Shown here piece by piece: positions 1-10,427 of a DNA stretch of 64,000 bases. The stretch is taken from the NCBI GenBank assembly GCA_000091205.1, contig AP006484.2. One strand, written 5' to 3'. This DNA comes from Cyanidioschyzon merolae. Its lineage: Eukaryota. The translations under genes were made by a program, and so were the position numbers. The stretch's first letter is position 1; each line of letters begins with the position of its first letter. The notes under the pieces are model-generated. The model saw nothing but the letters and a program-made list of their open reading frames with translations. It was not told the DNA's origin and did not search any database.

Positions 1-5
1 TGATT

Positions 6-1454
6 GTGAATTTTTGGCATCATGATCACCGAACGCTCTATACTCTGGATAATTTTTCACGAGAGCAAGATGATTCGAACTTATCTCGCATACGGGATGT
101 ATCCGACGCATGGATATCAACAGCTCTTGCAGCTCAGAACGAATACCAGGAAGTGATCCCAATTCGTCTCATGCAGCCTCCGTCGACACACAACTCCTTT
201 CTCTCTGTTGCTGAGGGCTACGGTCTCTGCAGCACACTTTCCTTCGCCCTCCAGAACTGGACACTGAGTGATCAGATTATGCACAGCATTCGTCAAGTGG
301 AACTTGATGTCTTTCGCATCGACTCCGAGCTCACAGTTTGCCATCCCTGCTATGATGAATGTACTTGGGCATCTTGGGCATGCAATCGTAGCCTCAACAC
401 GTACGCTACCCCAACTGTGCCGCTCTCTTCACCGTATTTTGGATGCGATCCGGAAATAAATCTTTCCTTCAAAACAGCTCTGGAGAAAATCTGGCGTTCG
501 TGTCGAACGTACGTTGACGAGCATCCGCAGAGAAGGGCTCGTGAGCTCCTCATCCTGCACTTGCAGCTGCACGTAGATAGTTCAATCACTGAACTGGAAG
601 AAACCCTCGATTCCAATCCTTGGATATCACAGCTAGTCACCGAGATTCGTGAGAGTATACCTGAAAAAGCGCTTCTTCCCGCTGCTTTCGATGAACCGTT
701 GGAGGTCCTGATTGAAAAAAGCGTTGCTGCGTTTCGTGAGCGGACGCCAGTTGTAGAATACCCTGCTCTATGGGTTCTACCAGTCATCGACCTACTGAAT
801 CCGAGCAATGGGAAACGAACGCCTGCAAACAGCCCTCTCTTCTCACGGTCTGCTTCACCCCTGAGAAAAGTTGGGGTACCAAACGTGAACCCGCTGGAAT
901 ACCCAGAGAATCGACTGAACCATTTACTCCAAGACGGAACCTGCCTCGTTCATGCGGGCGGAAGAGCTGCCTCGAGGATCAGCAAGAACTTCACCTATTT
1001 CGTCGGCTCTATCTTCAGCTCTCCTGCGCACATTACTGAAGCATACCGTTGTGGGTTCGCTGTTCGTGCTGCTATGCCATCGAGTTCACTTCGGAAAGAG
1101 GCTCTATGGGGAATGATCTGGTCCTGGAAAGCAAACTCTAGTATCGCAGCGTTGACGAGCGAAACGCCCGAAGGATTTCACCAACCCGTCTTCATGGATG
1201 CCACCGACTGCCGTTGGACGACGCAGAGCCCAGATCTAGAGTATGCTGCAGATATTTGGCTATGCACAACAGATCCATCGAGAACGATTGGCGAACGCAC
1301 TTCATGGAATTTGGTGGCAGACTTGAATAGCTCCTGCCTGGTGGATATTCCGCGCACAGGCTACGAGAACGCATTCGCCTGTGCTGTGCTTCGCGAAAGA
1401 AAACTTCGCGGTGCAAGGCTCGGTGTAGCGAAAACCGTTGGCAACGTTGCTTAA
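6..1454 (+). CDS. Hypothetical protein, probably 5'-truncated by the window edge (frame is open back to base 3). Weak resemblance to a PLC-like phosphodiesterase X-box (HNSFL motif).
   Basis: 482-codon uninterrupted ORF with coding-like GC. The track start at 6 is GTG and the first in-frame ATG is at 171, only 7 codons before the 'STHNSFLS' motif, which suggests the true N-terminus lies upstream of the window. The product assignment rests on a short motif only. Confidence 0.35.
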   Translation: MNFWHHDHRTLYTLDNFSREQDDSNLSRIRDVSDAWISTALAAQNEYQEVIPIRLMQPPSTHNSFLSVAEGYGLCSTLSFALQNWTLSDQIMHSIRQVELDVFRIDSELTVCHPCYDECTWASWACNRSLNTYATPTVPLSSPYFGCDPEINLSFKTALEKIWRSCRTYVDEHPQRRARELLILHLQLHVDSSITELEETLDSNPWISQLVTEIRESIPEKALLPAAFDEPLEVLIEKSVAAFRERTPVVEYPALWVLPVIDLLNPSNGKRTPANSPLFSRSASPLRKVGVPNVNPLEYPENRLNHLLQDGTCLVHAGGRAASRISKNFTYFVGSIFSSPAHITEAYRCGFAVRAAMPSSSLRKEALWGMIWSWKANSSIAALTSETPEGFHQPVFMDATDCRWTTQSPDLEYAADIWLCTTDPSRTIGERTSWNLVADLNSSCLVDIPRTGYENAFACAVLRERKLRGARLGVAKTVGNVA

Positions 1455-1689
1455 AGCAGTGGACATTGTGAGCTACGGCGGAGTGAAAGCCGCTTCGCCG
1501 ATTCTCAGGCCGGTTGCGTCGATGCATGGGCAACCATCCGAGGGTTCTACTGCACGAGGAAAGATCTTGCGTGCTGTTCACAGAAAATCGCTTCTTCCAG
1601 CTAGGACCTATCAGCAGCGCTTCCTTTACCACCATGGTCAAATCTATGGCTAACAGTGCATCATTGCACTTCGCTGGATTTTACTTCTC

Positions 1690-4347
1690 TTATTTTTTCG
1701 GCATAGCCTCTTCAAATAGATCGAAAAAGTGTTGATCTGCAGGTGTAACTTTGCGGCCGGTATTCTCCTGATCCCTCATGAAGCTTGTTTGTGCAGCGGA
1801 GCCTCCGCTACCAGAGCTTTGAGGCATTGAAGCCCCCGTGAAGAAGGGTGGAGGTAGCGCAGGATTCTGGAGTGGGCTGATCGCCATTGGATACTGCTGC
1901 ATGGGGGGCAGCTGCGGCCGGTAATAAGATGGTGGCCCATTCCCTAAATCTGACTGCGGCGTTGTACCGTGAGACTGTACATGAGGAACCGGTGGAGCGT
2001 AGAACTGCGGTGGATACCCGGGTGGACCAAAAGCCCCTGGGTGCACACCCGGAAAGGCCCCAGGCACTGGAGGCGGCGGATACATAGGGTAAGCGCCGTG
2101 TGATGCATACGGCGGCAGCATACCATAGCCACCGGCTTGATATGCAAACTGCTCAGTGCTTGGGGCAACCAGTTCTGTATCTGTTCGATGTCGGGGATCG
2201 ACGCCATCCGTGCTCCTCTTGCCCTTTGCAGATGCGGTAGCTGTACCTGCAGCTTTGCGTGGGGCAACGCCTCGCTTGCTCCGTTGATTTGCGCTCGTCG
2301 TCGAAGAGTCCGACTCGGATTCTATCTGATCATCTGAGTCGCTGCTACCCTCAAGCAGCGCAAGTAGATCAAACTCTTTTGGTTTCGCCGACTCCTTCTT
2401 TTCAATAACAGCTGGAGGAGCTGTGCTGACTTTCTTACGCGAAACTTGGCGCCCACGATCAGCCTGCTCGAGTTGGGGCCCGTCGCCTTCATCTTTGATT
2501 GACGCACCAGTCTGAACTCTGGTCACAGCAGTATTATCCTCCGTTTGGTTCAGCGCTCGCTGTGTAGCAGAGCCAATAACTCGAGATTCTCCGTGTTCAT
2601 TGCCTGTCTCCGTTTGCGTGGCTGCGACAACCTGAGTCGAGCTAGCGTCCATTGGATGCGCTTCAGTGCCTTCGACTGAAGCGATCTGTGCAGCGGCTTG
2701 TTCATTTTTTTGCATTCCGGGATCATTGCGTGAGGTCGAAACCAGTTGCGATGACTCGGCTGACGCGTCTTGTGGCTTTTCATTCACAATTTCTTGTTCA
2801 GTTGAGTCTAGTTCATCGCCACGGATTCGCGGGATATCTCCCATCTTAACGCGTTCTAAATGATCGAACATTTCATCAAGAACGCTCTGGGATGGGCGAG
2901 CCACATTTGGCATAGGTTGGCCCACACCCACAGATTGGCACTGCTTCAAGTATTGCGCAACCCCTATATCTTGATCGAGATATCTACGGTAGATCTCAAA
3001 TGCAGACTCTAGAATTTCCGGAGCATCGACACTGTAGAACTGTTCCACCAGATTCTGCACAGCTCTAGATAAAGCAGGTAAGAGCTCTGCCAAGTCTCTC
3101 AAACAAAGGCGCACCGCTCCGCGCGCTGGAAGGCAGCTCGCATTTCCAAACTCGAGCCTGACCGCCAACAGCAGGTCTAAATTATCTTGTAAGTACGGCA
3201 CTTCACTGATTAGCTGCAGAAAATCGCAGTCTTCAAAGCGTGACGGCCCCCGCAAACGTCCACTGCGCAAACTCGGCGCATCACGCATTTGCGATGCACC
3301 AGGGGGCATCGTCTGATAAGTATTCACACCCGAAGCCATGAAAGCCATCCCTGGAGCCGCGTAAGGATTCGTATCCTGAATTCTCTCCGGCCAGTCTATT
3401 TTCTGTTTCGTCAGGCACCAACGCTCAAGATACTGCGAATACGACAGGATGACGGGCATGTTCATAATAGCGTCTGAGGTCTGTTCGATGTAACCATGAA
3501 AGCGGAAAACATTGCTTGCGTTATTTGCCAAAAACGACGTGAATGCCGGGTTCCCATCCTGGAAAATCCGGTGAAACACAAGCATGGATTTCAGTACAAC
3601 AATCCAGTCTTTCCACTGAAGGCGTTTTCCAAGTTGATGTAGAATAGCACCAGTCGGTGTTAATTTGTCCATAATATTTCCACCCATATAGGTGCCGCGA
3701 AGAATGACCTGAACGTGTTTTTCCTTAGGTTCGGAAACCACGTGATTTGTCGCTTTCACAACAGCGACTTTCCAGACGTCGCTTTTAACCCGCGCTTTAA
3801 AAGCTTTCCAGGAATCCTGCGTGGACGCCAAAAATCCACCCTCAGTCCGTGGCTTCGCGTACGCAGCACTAACGTCAGGCATTGGCGCCGGCGGCAGGCC
3901 TGCAGCACTGGCACTTGGCGCACCTGTCGGGGCCGCCAGTGCGCCATACGGATCGAGACCCGCATAGTTAGAACCGAGGCGAGCCGACTGGGCACGAGCT
4001 TGGCCATACGCTTGAGATGAGTTCCGCTCAAAGTCGTAGCTCCGCGTGGAACCAGGTCTTGAACTTGACTGTTGCCCGGAGCCTGTGCTGGTGTTCAGCC
4101 CGGTCGCGCGCATCGATCCACTCTGATACCGTGAGCGCTCAGCCGGTACAGTGCCGTACACCGAACCCGCCGTTTGTCCAGGTGTCGGGGTGCCAACACG
4201 GAAGCTCGTGCCGCGTAAGCTGCTTGGTTCGCTAACGCTACCGTGTTTACCGCCTCCTGAGGCTGAAGATTGACTCACGTATACACCAGGTGATGATCGC
4301 CCTCCCGCGGTTCCACTGTTTACCCCAGAACCGGCGGTCGGATCCAT
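1690..4347 (-). CDS. ANTH-domain clathrin assembly protein (AP180/CALM-like)
   Basis: ATG start confirmed at 4345-4347 on the minus strand. The ANTH signature 'VKATNHVVSEPKEKHVQVIL...GGNIMDKL' starts about 170 residues in. The N-terminus is Ser/Gly-rich and low-complexity, and the C-terminus is Pro/Tyr-rich ('YPPQFYAPPVP'), as is typical of CALM/AP180 tails. Converges with the upstream gene, with 236 bp between stop codons. Confidence 0.8.
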   Translation of the reverse strand: MDPTAGSGVNSGTAGGRSSPGVYVSQSSASGGGKHGSVSEPSSLRGTSFRVGTPTPGQTAGSVYGTVPAERSRYQSGSMRATGLNTSTGSGQQSSSRPGSTRSYDFERNSSQAYGQARAQSARLGSNYAGLDPYGALAAPTGAPSASAAGLPPAPMPDVSAAYAKPRTEGGFLASTQDSWKAFKARVKSDVWKVAVVKATNHVVSEPKEKHVQVILRGTYMGGNIMDKLTPTGAILHQLGKRLQWKDWIVVLKSMLVFHRIFQDGNPAFTSFLANNASNVFRFHGYIEQTSDAIMNMPVILSYSQYLERWCLTKQKIDWPERIQDTNPYAAPGMAFMASGVNTYQTMPPGASQMRDAPSLRSGRLRGPSRFEDCDFLQLISEVPYLQDNLDLLLAVRLEFGNASCLPARGAVRLCLRDLAELLPALSRAVQNLVEQFYSVDAPEILESAFEIYRRYLDQDIGVAQYLKQCQSVGVGQPMPNVARPSQSVLDEMFDHLERVKMGDIPRIRGDELDSTEQEIVNEKPQDASAESSQLVSTSRNDPGMQKNEQAAAQIASVEGTEAHPMDASSTQVVAATQTETGNEHGESRVIGSATQRALNQTEDNTAVTRVQTGASIKDEGDGPQLEQADRGRQVSRKKVSTAPPAVIEKKESAKPKEFDLLALLEGSSDSDDQIESESDSSTTSANQRSKRGVAPRKAAGTATASAKGKRSTDGVDPRHRTDTELVAPSTEQFAYQAGGYGMLPPYASHGAYPMYPPPPVPGAFPGVHPGAFGPPGYPPQFYAPPVPHVQSHGTTPQSDLGNGPPSYYRPQLPPMQQYPMAISPLQNPALPPPFFTGASMPQSSGSGGSAAQTSFMRDQENTGRKVTPADQHFFDLFEEAMPKK

Positions 4348-4557
4348 GCCAAAACCAAAAAATTATCTATGCTCCAAAACACGAAAAGTACCTCGTCGCT
4401 CGACGAAACGAACTCGTACTACCTTGGAAACAGACACACAACAACTGTCTTGACGGCTCCGAAGCGGTTGTAGACACGTCGGCTGCGCGAATCCGAAAGA
4501 TGGACAATTCTGCACAGACCCTTGGAGATCCAGAGCGAGTCTATTCTGTACGCGGCC

Positions 4558-4602
4558 CTCCGCAGCCGCAGCCGCAGCCGCAGCCGCAGCCGCAGCCGCC
4601 GC
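4558..4602. repeat. (CGCAGC)n hexanucleotide microsatellite, about 6-7 units
   Basis: Direct read: cgcagccgcagccgcagccgcagccgcagccgcagccgcc. Lies about 210 bp upstream of the ANTH gene start codon, in the 5' leader or promoter region. Confidence 0.8.
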
Positions 4603-6385
4603 TGTGCAGTCCAACGTCTGACGCTGCGAATCGCTCATCGAGCTCACATTCGGCAAGCAGCAGTGCGGAAACTTGATCGCTGCAATTCGAACCTCGCATG
4701 TGTTTTTCCGACAATCTGTCGGGCTTCTCGCCAGCCAGGAAGGGTATTCTGAGGGCTCTTGGGGACAGAAACTATATCGGAGAAAAGGTGTATACGTTGG
4801 TTTGAAGAACATTTCCCTGGGGAGTCTCCTCGAGTACGTCTCTCAGTGGAAAGCGCGTGAGGTACCGATGGGGAGCGCTTGAAACCTCCACGCCCATATC
4901 AGAATAGATTTGAAAGGGCTACCTACCCAACTTGCGCGCGTACGCTAGAGGTGGGGTCTCTTTTCAATGAGATTAACTCCAGCCGATGTGGGCTTTATCT
5001 GTGATTGCTTCATCTAGATCTCCTTGAACTCCTACTTTAGGGACAGTGGTCCCTACGCTCGTTCCATCTCGGTCGGCAGCGTTAAAGTTCCGCTTTTGCT
5101 ACTTCCGGCTGTTGTCGACGCATTTTACCACAGTCGGAGTCAGCCATTTACGCTTCGTTCGTCAGTTAAATCTTCTTCGTATGCCATGCTGGGGCTGTCT
5201 TCTATGCGATGACAACTGGTTATGGACAGGTGTTCCCATTTGTCTACCACAACTCCCCATTCGAGCGGCGTCCTGTTGCATGTTAAGGGATGCCTCATGG
5301 CTCGGAACAGGCGCCTGGAGTGAACAAAAACTCATCTAGATGCCCGCCACCGTTTCTGCGCTCGAAGCCGTACCCCACGACGGCGTGCGTCTTCTCGGGG
5401 ATCCTTTCCGTTAAGTATGCTGTCCACTGCACGCGCAAGCACGCGCTTATCCATTCGACAGGGGATATGTGCAACGATATGGTATCCAGGATGAAACGAG
5501 CACTGGAAGGAAACTTCATGGTAGAGATAAAGTCGAGATATTCCGATCCGTCTGAGCTCGCCCCGCGCAAAGCGGTGAAGCAGTCTCCACTTGGTGCGAT
5601 CGCTGCGATAACTCAAGTCCTGATCCAAGACTCTTTCCATGTAAACAATAGGGGCCGACTCCTGTAGGAGCATACCTCCCGCTATCTACCTTGTTAATAC
5701 TGTCAGATGCAGTCTCTTCGATGGCCCCGTAGAGGAGCGGATTTGTCTTTCAAACGAAATGTATTGTTCGACGTGAAAAATTCTTTGAATCTTTGGCAAG
5801 CGCTTTTTGAAGAAGTCGCCAGGGCAGAGCGTCCAGTTTTCTCCTCGTCAATTCAACAGTGCGAGATGCAGCACGCAGGTGGTGTTTCGAAATATAAAAA
5901 GAAAAAAATGAAGAATGCGTGATTTGGACATGCAGCACACATAGATAGGAGAAGCGTGGAAGATCTTACGCATAAGCTCGAAAAATGCCACCTATATACA
6001 GACACCGTGTTCGCGGGCATCGCGAATCATCTTTTTTCCAGTGTCGTAACAAATCTCAAGCGCACAGAGTTTGAGCCAGTCGTGAAAGAGAACCGAGAAT
6101 CGTAAAACTTCATATGGAGTCTTAAGCCATTTTTGCTGTATTTTGAATGTCGAGACAGCACATCTAAAAGTTTGGAAAGAATACTGAAATATAGGTACAG
6201 AGCGAGCAGCTCAGTGCTCCGTTTTTGCAGACCCGGGCGCGCGTCTGGCCGGCATCAGATACTTGCTTGCAGACTATGCAAAATAACTGTTATTCGCTTT
6301 TTGCTCGCAAAAGCCTGCCTCGCGGTCACAGGCACACCCGTCCGACATTTTGTCTCTTTCACGTATATGCAATGTTCATACATGC

Positions 6386-8590
6386 TCAGACGCGCTTTTC
6401 TGAACGAATCCGAGTCGAGCGACAGGGCGCCGCGTCCAGTGCGTCAGCGCTGGGACTCGGGCGGAGTTGCTTCTCAAACCGCCTTGTCCGCTTCCGTTCG
6501 GCCTTTGTCGACTCGGGTGCGTGCTCGTGGGCCGTATCCAGTGCCTCCTCCAAAACGCTCAGCCAGCGCTGCACGTCCGCGAGCTGGACCCTCCTGGGGA
6601 GCCCGATGCGGTCCCGCAATAGCGTATGCAATTCGGTTGGGTTCGGAGACTCAGCGGGCGCGCTGGTCAAGGCGTTATGCAACTGATCTCGCAAGTGCTT
6701 CACCAGCCAGCGCAGGTGCTGGCGTTCGCTGTCCACAGCACTCGTCTGGAAAACCGCTCCGGGAGTGCGCGCCTCTCGCAGTGCAAGGGCATACTTTCGG
6801 AGCGCTAGCCAGTGAAGCTCTCGAAACAGCGGGAACTGGTACTTGGGTAAGACGCGTAGACGGTTCTCCATCTGGAACACGCGGTGCTGCATGACAACGC
6901 CGCCCAGGTGGAGAATGTTGCCTCCCAGCACAACGCTGTCCGCTGGGGTGTACACAGCATGCAGCCATCCCGCCGGAATGAACAACGTGTTTCCCGCGTC
7001 GAGGTCAATGACGGCAATAGGGCTCAGCTCCTCAACAAAGTCTAGCTCACGCAGCGCCTGTTGCGGATCCCGCTGCCACCGCTCGTAGAGCTGCAGATGG
7101 CGCTCTGTAGGCGGCGACACGTAGAAGCGCTTCTTCCCGCGCAGCACGTGATAGAACACCGTCGATCCGCCAAAGTCTATATGCCACGAGGTCCACGATC
7201 CAGCGCCGCTTAGAAGGTAGTACTTATCAACATGCGGGCGCGGCTCCGGATACAGCGACGCCCAGTCCGCTCGGCGAATCAGCGCCGGCACCACGAACGC
7301 TCGCCCTGTCGGTGTTCGTGATATCTCCAAGGAGATGAGGTTCAGCACCCGCTGACGTAACGCTGGCGCGGTTGCCAGGTAATCCAGGTACTGCCCCAGG
7401 CTCCAGCGGGGATGCAGCTCACTCTGGCTCGCGACATCCAGCACTTCGCAATGACGCTCAAGTCCGTACTCGCGCCCGACCTCCTCGGGATGGTAAGCAC
7501 GATGTGGAATGTGCATGTCGAGCCCGTCGGGATCGAGCACGACACAGGGCGCATCGGGCATGCGCTGCAATTCGCCACCGGTGCCGTAGACAAGTATCCC
7601 CAGATGCGCCGCTAGCCCGCCAGCGTCGCTGGTGGCGTCCTTCGCCCAGCTCTGAGCCCGGCGTTCAGCGGCCGCTCGTGCCGCCTCGCTCAGAGCGCCG
7701 GCGCAGGTGCCGCCCCGCAGGGCACCGCCTATATCGCCCTCATGGAGGCGGGCGTAATCGGTGACGGCCGGACGTCCATGCTGGCTCCGCGGGCGTTTCG
7801 GTCGCTGCACTGGAGTGAATAGGTCCGTCCCTGTCCCGGAGCAGAACCGACAAATAAAGGTCTTAGATGCCCGCACACGTGAAACGTCCAGAAATAGACA
7901 AGAGATGTGGAACCAGCCGTACGCGCAGGTCGGGTTGTCGCACGCTACCATGATGCCGTTGCGGCGCGCGTCGTACGGCTGGCGACATATGCAGAACCGC
8001 GTACTGGTGGTGCGCTGGTTTTCAGGTTTCGTGTCCTGATCTGTAGCCAAGCATCCGCAAGCGCTGTGCTCGCTGTGAGATGCGACATTGGTGGAAGCAC
8101 CAATGCTATTCGCAGCGCTCCGTGGATCGGGACCGGGATCGGGTGGATACGATGGCATCGAGTCGAGCGTCTCGGGCGCTGCTGGTGCCGCACTACTCGC
8201 TGGCATTCTACCCGCCGGGAGCATCTGTGAAGAGCGCTCACCGCAGGGGCTTGTAGCGCGCCCTCTTTTCGCGATAGCGGCGAGCCTTCGCGTCTCTGCG
8301 GCGCACGCTGACGCTGTCGCGCAGGATGTGCACGAACTTGGTACGCTTTCGGATATGGATGATGGTGTTGTACATATTTCAGCAGCTGTAAATGCGTCGT
8401 TCGCACCTATCGGCATTTCGGGAAGCTCAACACGAGCAGGGACACGTTGCATCGTATGCCGCAGCACGTGTCCGTGCTGTCTGCATGCGTGCGCTGACAC
8501 GTCACGAGCACGCATCTCGGAATCGGAGGTCACAAGCGGCCGCTGCGCATCCTCGATGGCGTCGATGATTGGTGAACGCTCCGCCATCAT
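6386..8590 (-). CDS. PHD-finger plus JmjC-domain histone demethylase (KDM7/PHF8/JHDM1-like architecture)
   Basis: ATG start confirmed ('MMAERSP'). A PHD-type Cys4-His-Cys3 finger ('CICRQPYDARRNGIMVACDNPTCAYGWFHISC...FICRFC') is followed by the JmjC core 'GSWTSWHIDFGGSTVFYHVLRGKKRFYVSPPTE...LFIPAGWLHAVYTPADSVVLGGN', which carries the H-x-D...H Fe(II) ligand pattern. Confidence 0.8.
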   Translation of the reverse strand: MMAERSPIIDAIEDAQRPLVTSDSEMRARDVSAHACRQHGHVLRHTMQRVPARVELPEMPIGANDAFTAAEICTTPSSISESVPSSCTSCATASACAAETRRLAAIAKRGRATSPCGERSSQMLPAGRMPASSAAPAAPETLDSMPSYPPDPGPDPRSAANSIGASTNVASHSEHSACGCLATDQDTKPENQRTTSTRFCICRQPYDARRNGIMVACDNPTCAYGWFHISCLFLDVSRVRASKTFICRFCSGTGTDLFTPVQRPKRPRSQHGRPAVTDYARLHEGDIGGALRGGTCAGALSEAARAAAERRAQSWAKDATSDAGGLAAHLGILVYGTGGELQRMPDAPCVVLDPDGLDMHIPHRAYHPEEVGREYGLERHCEVLDVASQSELHPRWSLGQYLDYLATAPALRQRVLNLISLEISRTPTGRAFVVPALIRRADWASLYPEPRPHVDKYYLLSGAGSWTSWHIDFGGSTVFYHVLRGKKRFYVSPPTERHLQLYERWQRDPQQALRELDFVEELSPIAVIDLDAGNTLFIPAGWLHAVYTPADSVVLGGNILHLGGVVMQHRVFQMENRLRVLPKYQFPLFRELHWLALRKYALALREARTPGAVFQTSAVDSERQHLRWLVKHLRDQLHNALTSAPAESPNPTELHTLLRDRIGLPRRVQLADVQRWLSVLEEALDTAHEHAPESTKAERKRTRRFEKQLRPSPSADALDAAPCRSTRIRSEKRV

Positions 8591-10427
8591 TGGGTGCGCC
8601 CGCAGCGCCCTGCCTACACGTGTCTGGTGTCAATGCGTACCTCTCTGATCGTCTGGATGCCCGCCTTGGTGCAGTGATGGGGTTTCACGAAATCTACGCT
8701 TGCCTAATCTCAATTCTTAACTGCTCGGAAGTCTCCCTTCCTCGCTTGCTATGTAGATGCGTGGGTACCTTAATCGTAGCTACTGGCCTGTGTTCACCGG
8801 GAGCTGACCCCTGCCGCCTCGGAAGCGCTGGAGTGGCGCAGCGCCTCTGATCCGTCAGGTTTGCAGTCTAGAGGCTGTGAGCGCGTGCAGTCCAGCGCAC
8901 TCCGTCCGCGATGCGTCCAGGTAAAGATGCTTCGTTCGCGACGGTTGACGTGCTCGTTCCTGCAAGCGGCTGCGAAGACGTGGGGAAAATGCAGTCTTGG
9001 CGCAGATAATTTTGCGTCTGGCGGCGTTCCGCGTAGTGGGCTCAGTTATGGGTCGATATGCAAACAAGTCACGTCTAGCGCGGCAGAAACAAACGAACAC
9101 AAGGATAACACCCTGTGCATGGGATCGCAGGCACACACTCGGGGGCGTTGCGTCGGCCCAGTACGCAAGTCGCAAACGCAGCTCCACACTGCGCTCTTCT
9201 GTACAGTCCAAAATGTAAGGGTACCAGCGCAGTACCCGCTTATTTCCTAGTGCGAGCTCTATACTTGCTGCGGAACTCTGGAGCCAAACAAACGACAAGA
9301 GCGAGCGCCCTGCCGTCAGTGTTCAGGAGATGTGATGCGGGGTCGCGTGGCCAGCAGCTCCGCAGTGTAATTCCCTCCGTGGAACCAGAACTACTCAATT
9401 GGTCGGGTCTCGTGCGACGTAGACGAGCAACGAGGACGCTGTGGGCCTGTCGCGACCTCGATTTGTTCTGAGAGGCGCTGGAGCCTCCGTTGCTACTGCG
9501 ACACTCGTCCGGAAACTCCACCTTATGTGTTATTCTGCGCCCAGCGTCCAATACTGAGGCGGAGTCCTCCGAGTTGAAGCAGCCAACGCTTGGCAGCAAG
9601 ACCGGCCTGTAGCTGCCCGGAAACGACCTCAGTTCGTCGCAGACAGGCCTGCACTCCTTCGCAAACTCCACACCCCCGACGTTCTCGTGGTGGACGCTGC
9701 TGTCGAGGGCGTTTCAGCGCACACACAACTGGGTACCACTCAGGGGTACCTTTGTTTGAAAACAAAGGCCGCGCTGGATTCGCACAGTATATAAGGCGCC
9801 GAGCGGCCCTGCTTCCTTCTCACAGATACGTAGGCCTGCCCTCAAACTCAGTCGGTTTGATCGAAGATTCGACTCACTAGACGACTGTCGCGTCCCTGGT
9901 GGACGTCTGTACAAGCCGAGGCGCTCACTTTCGCTAGGCTCTGCTCGACACGTGCTTGCGACTGTCACAGCCGTTGTCGTCGTCTGTATTACCAGCCTTA
10001 CCCCATGCAAGACTGCAGCAGCCGCTGCTACAGTCGTCTACGCTACCGACGCAGCTTCTGCTACGGCTAGGTCTCCCGCAGCAAGCGTTTTGAAACCTTA
10101 TAAAACTGATAATTCTAACCAGAACCCCCTGTGCGCACAATTCCTGCTTATAACCAGGCAAAAGACCACCGTTGCTCTCCAGATACCTCTATGTTCGGCT
10201 AGCCCAAACCTGGTCTCCTCACGAGATAGATAGCAAGCTGCAAACGACACAAAGAGTAGCGGGCATTGCCTCCCCAGTTCGTAGCTCGTCGAGGCGCTGC
10301 CCCGTGGACGGATCGCCCCGGAAAGCTCCGTATCGATCGATGGAATCCACAGTGCGCCTTTCTGAGGAGACGTGCTGGCAACGCTGTGCCCTTCGAAGCG
10401 GAGGCTGCAAGGATTGCGACACTTCTC

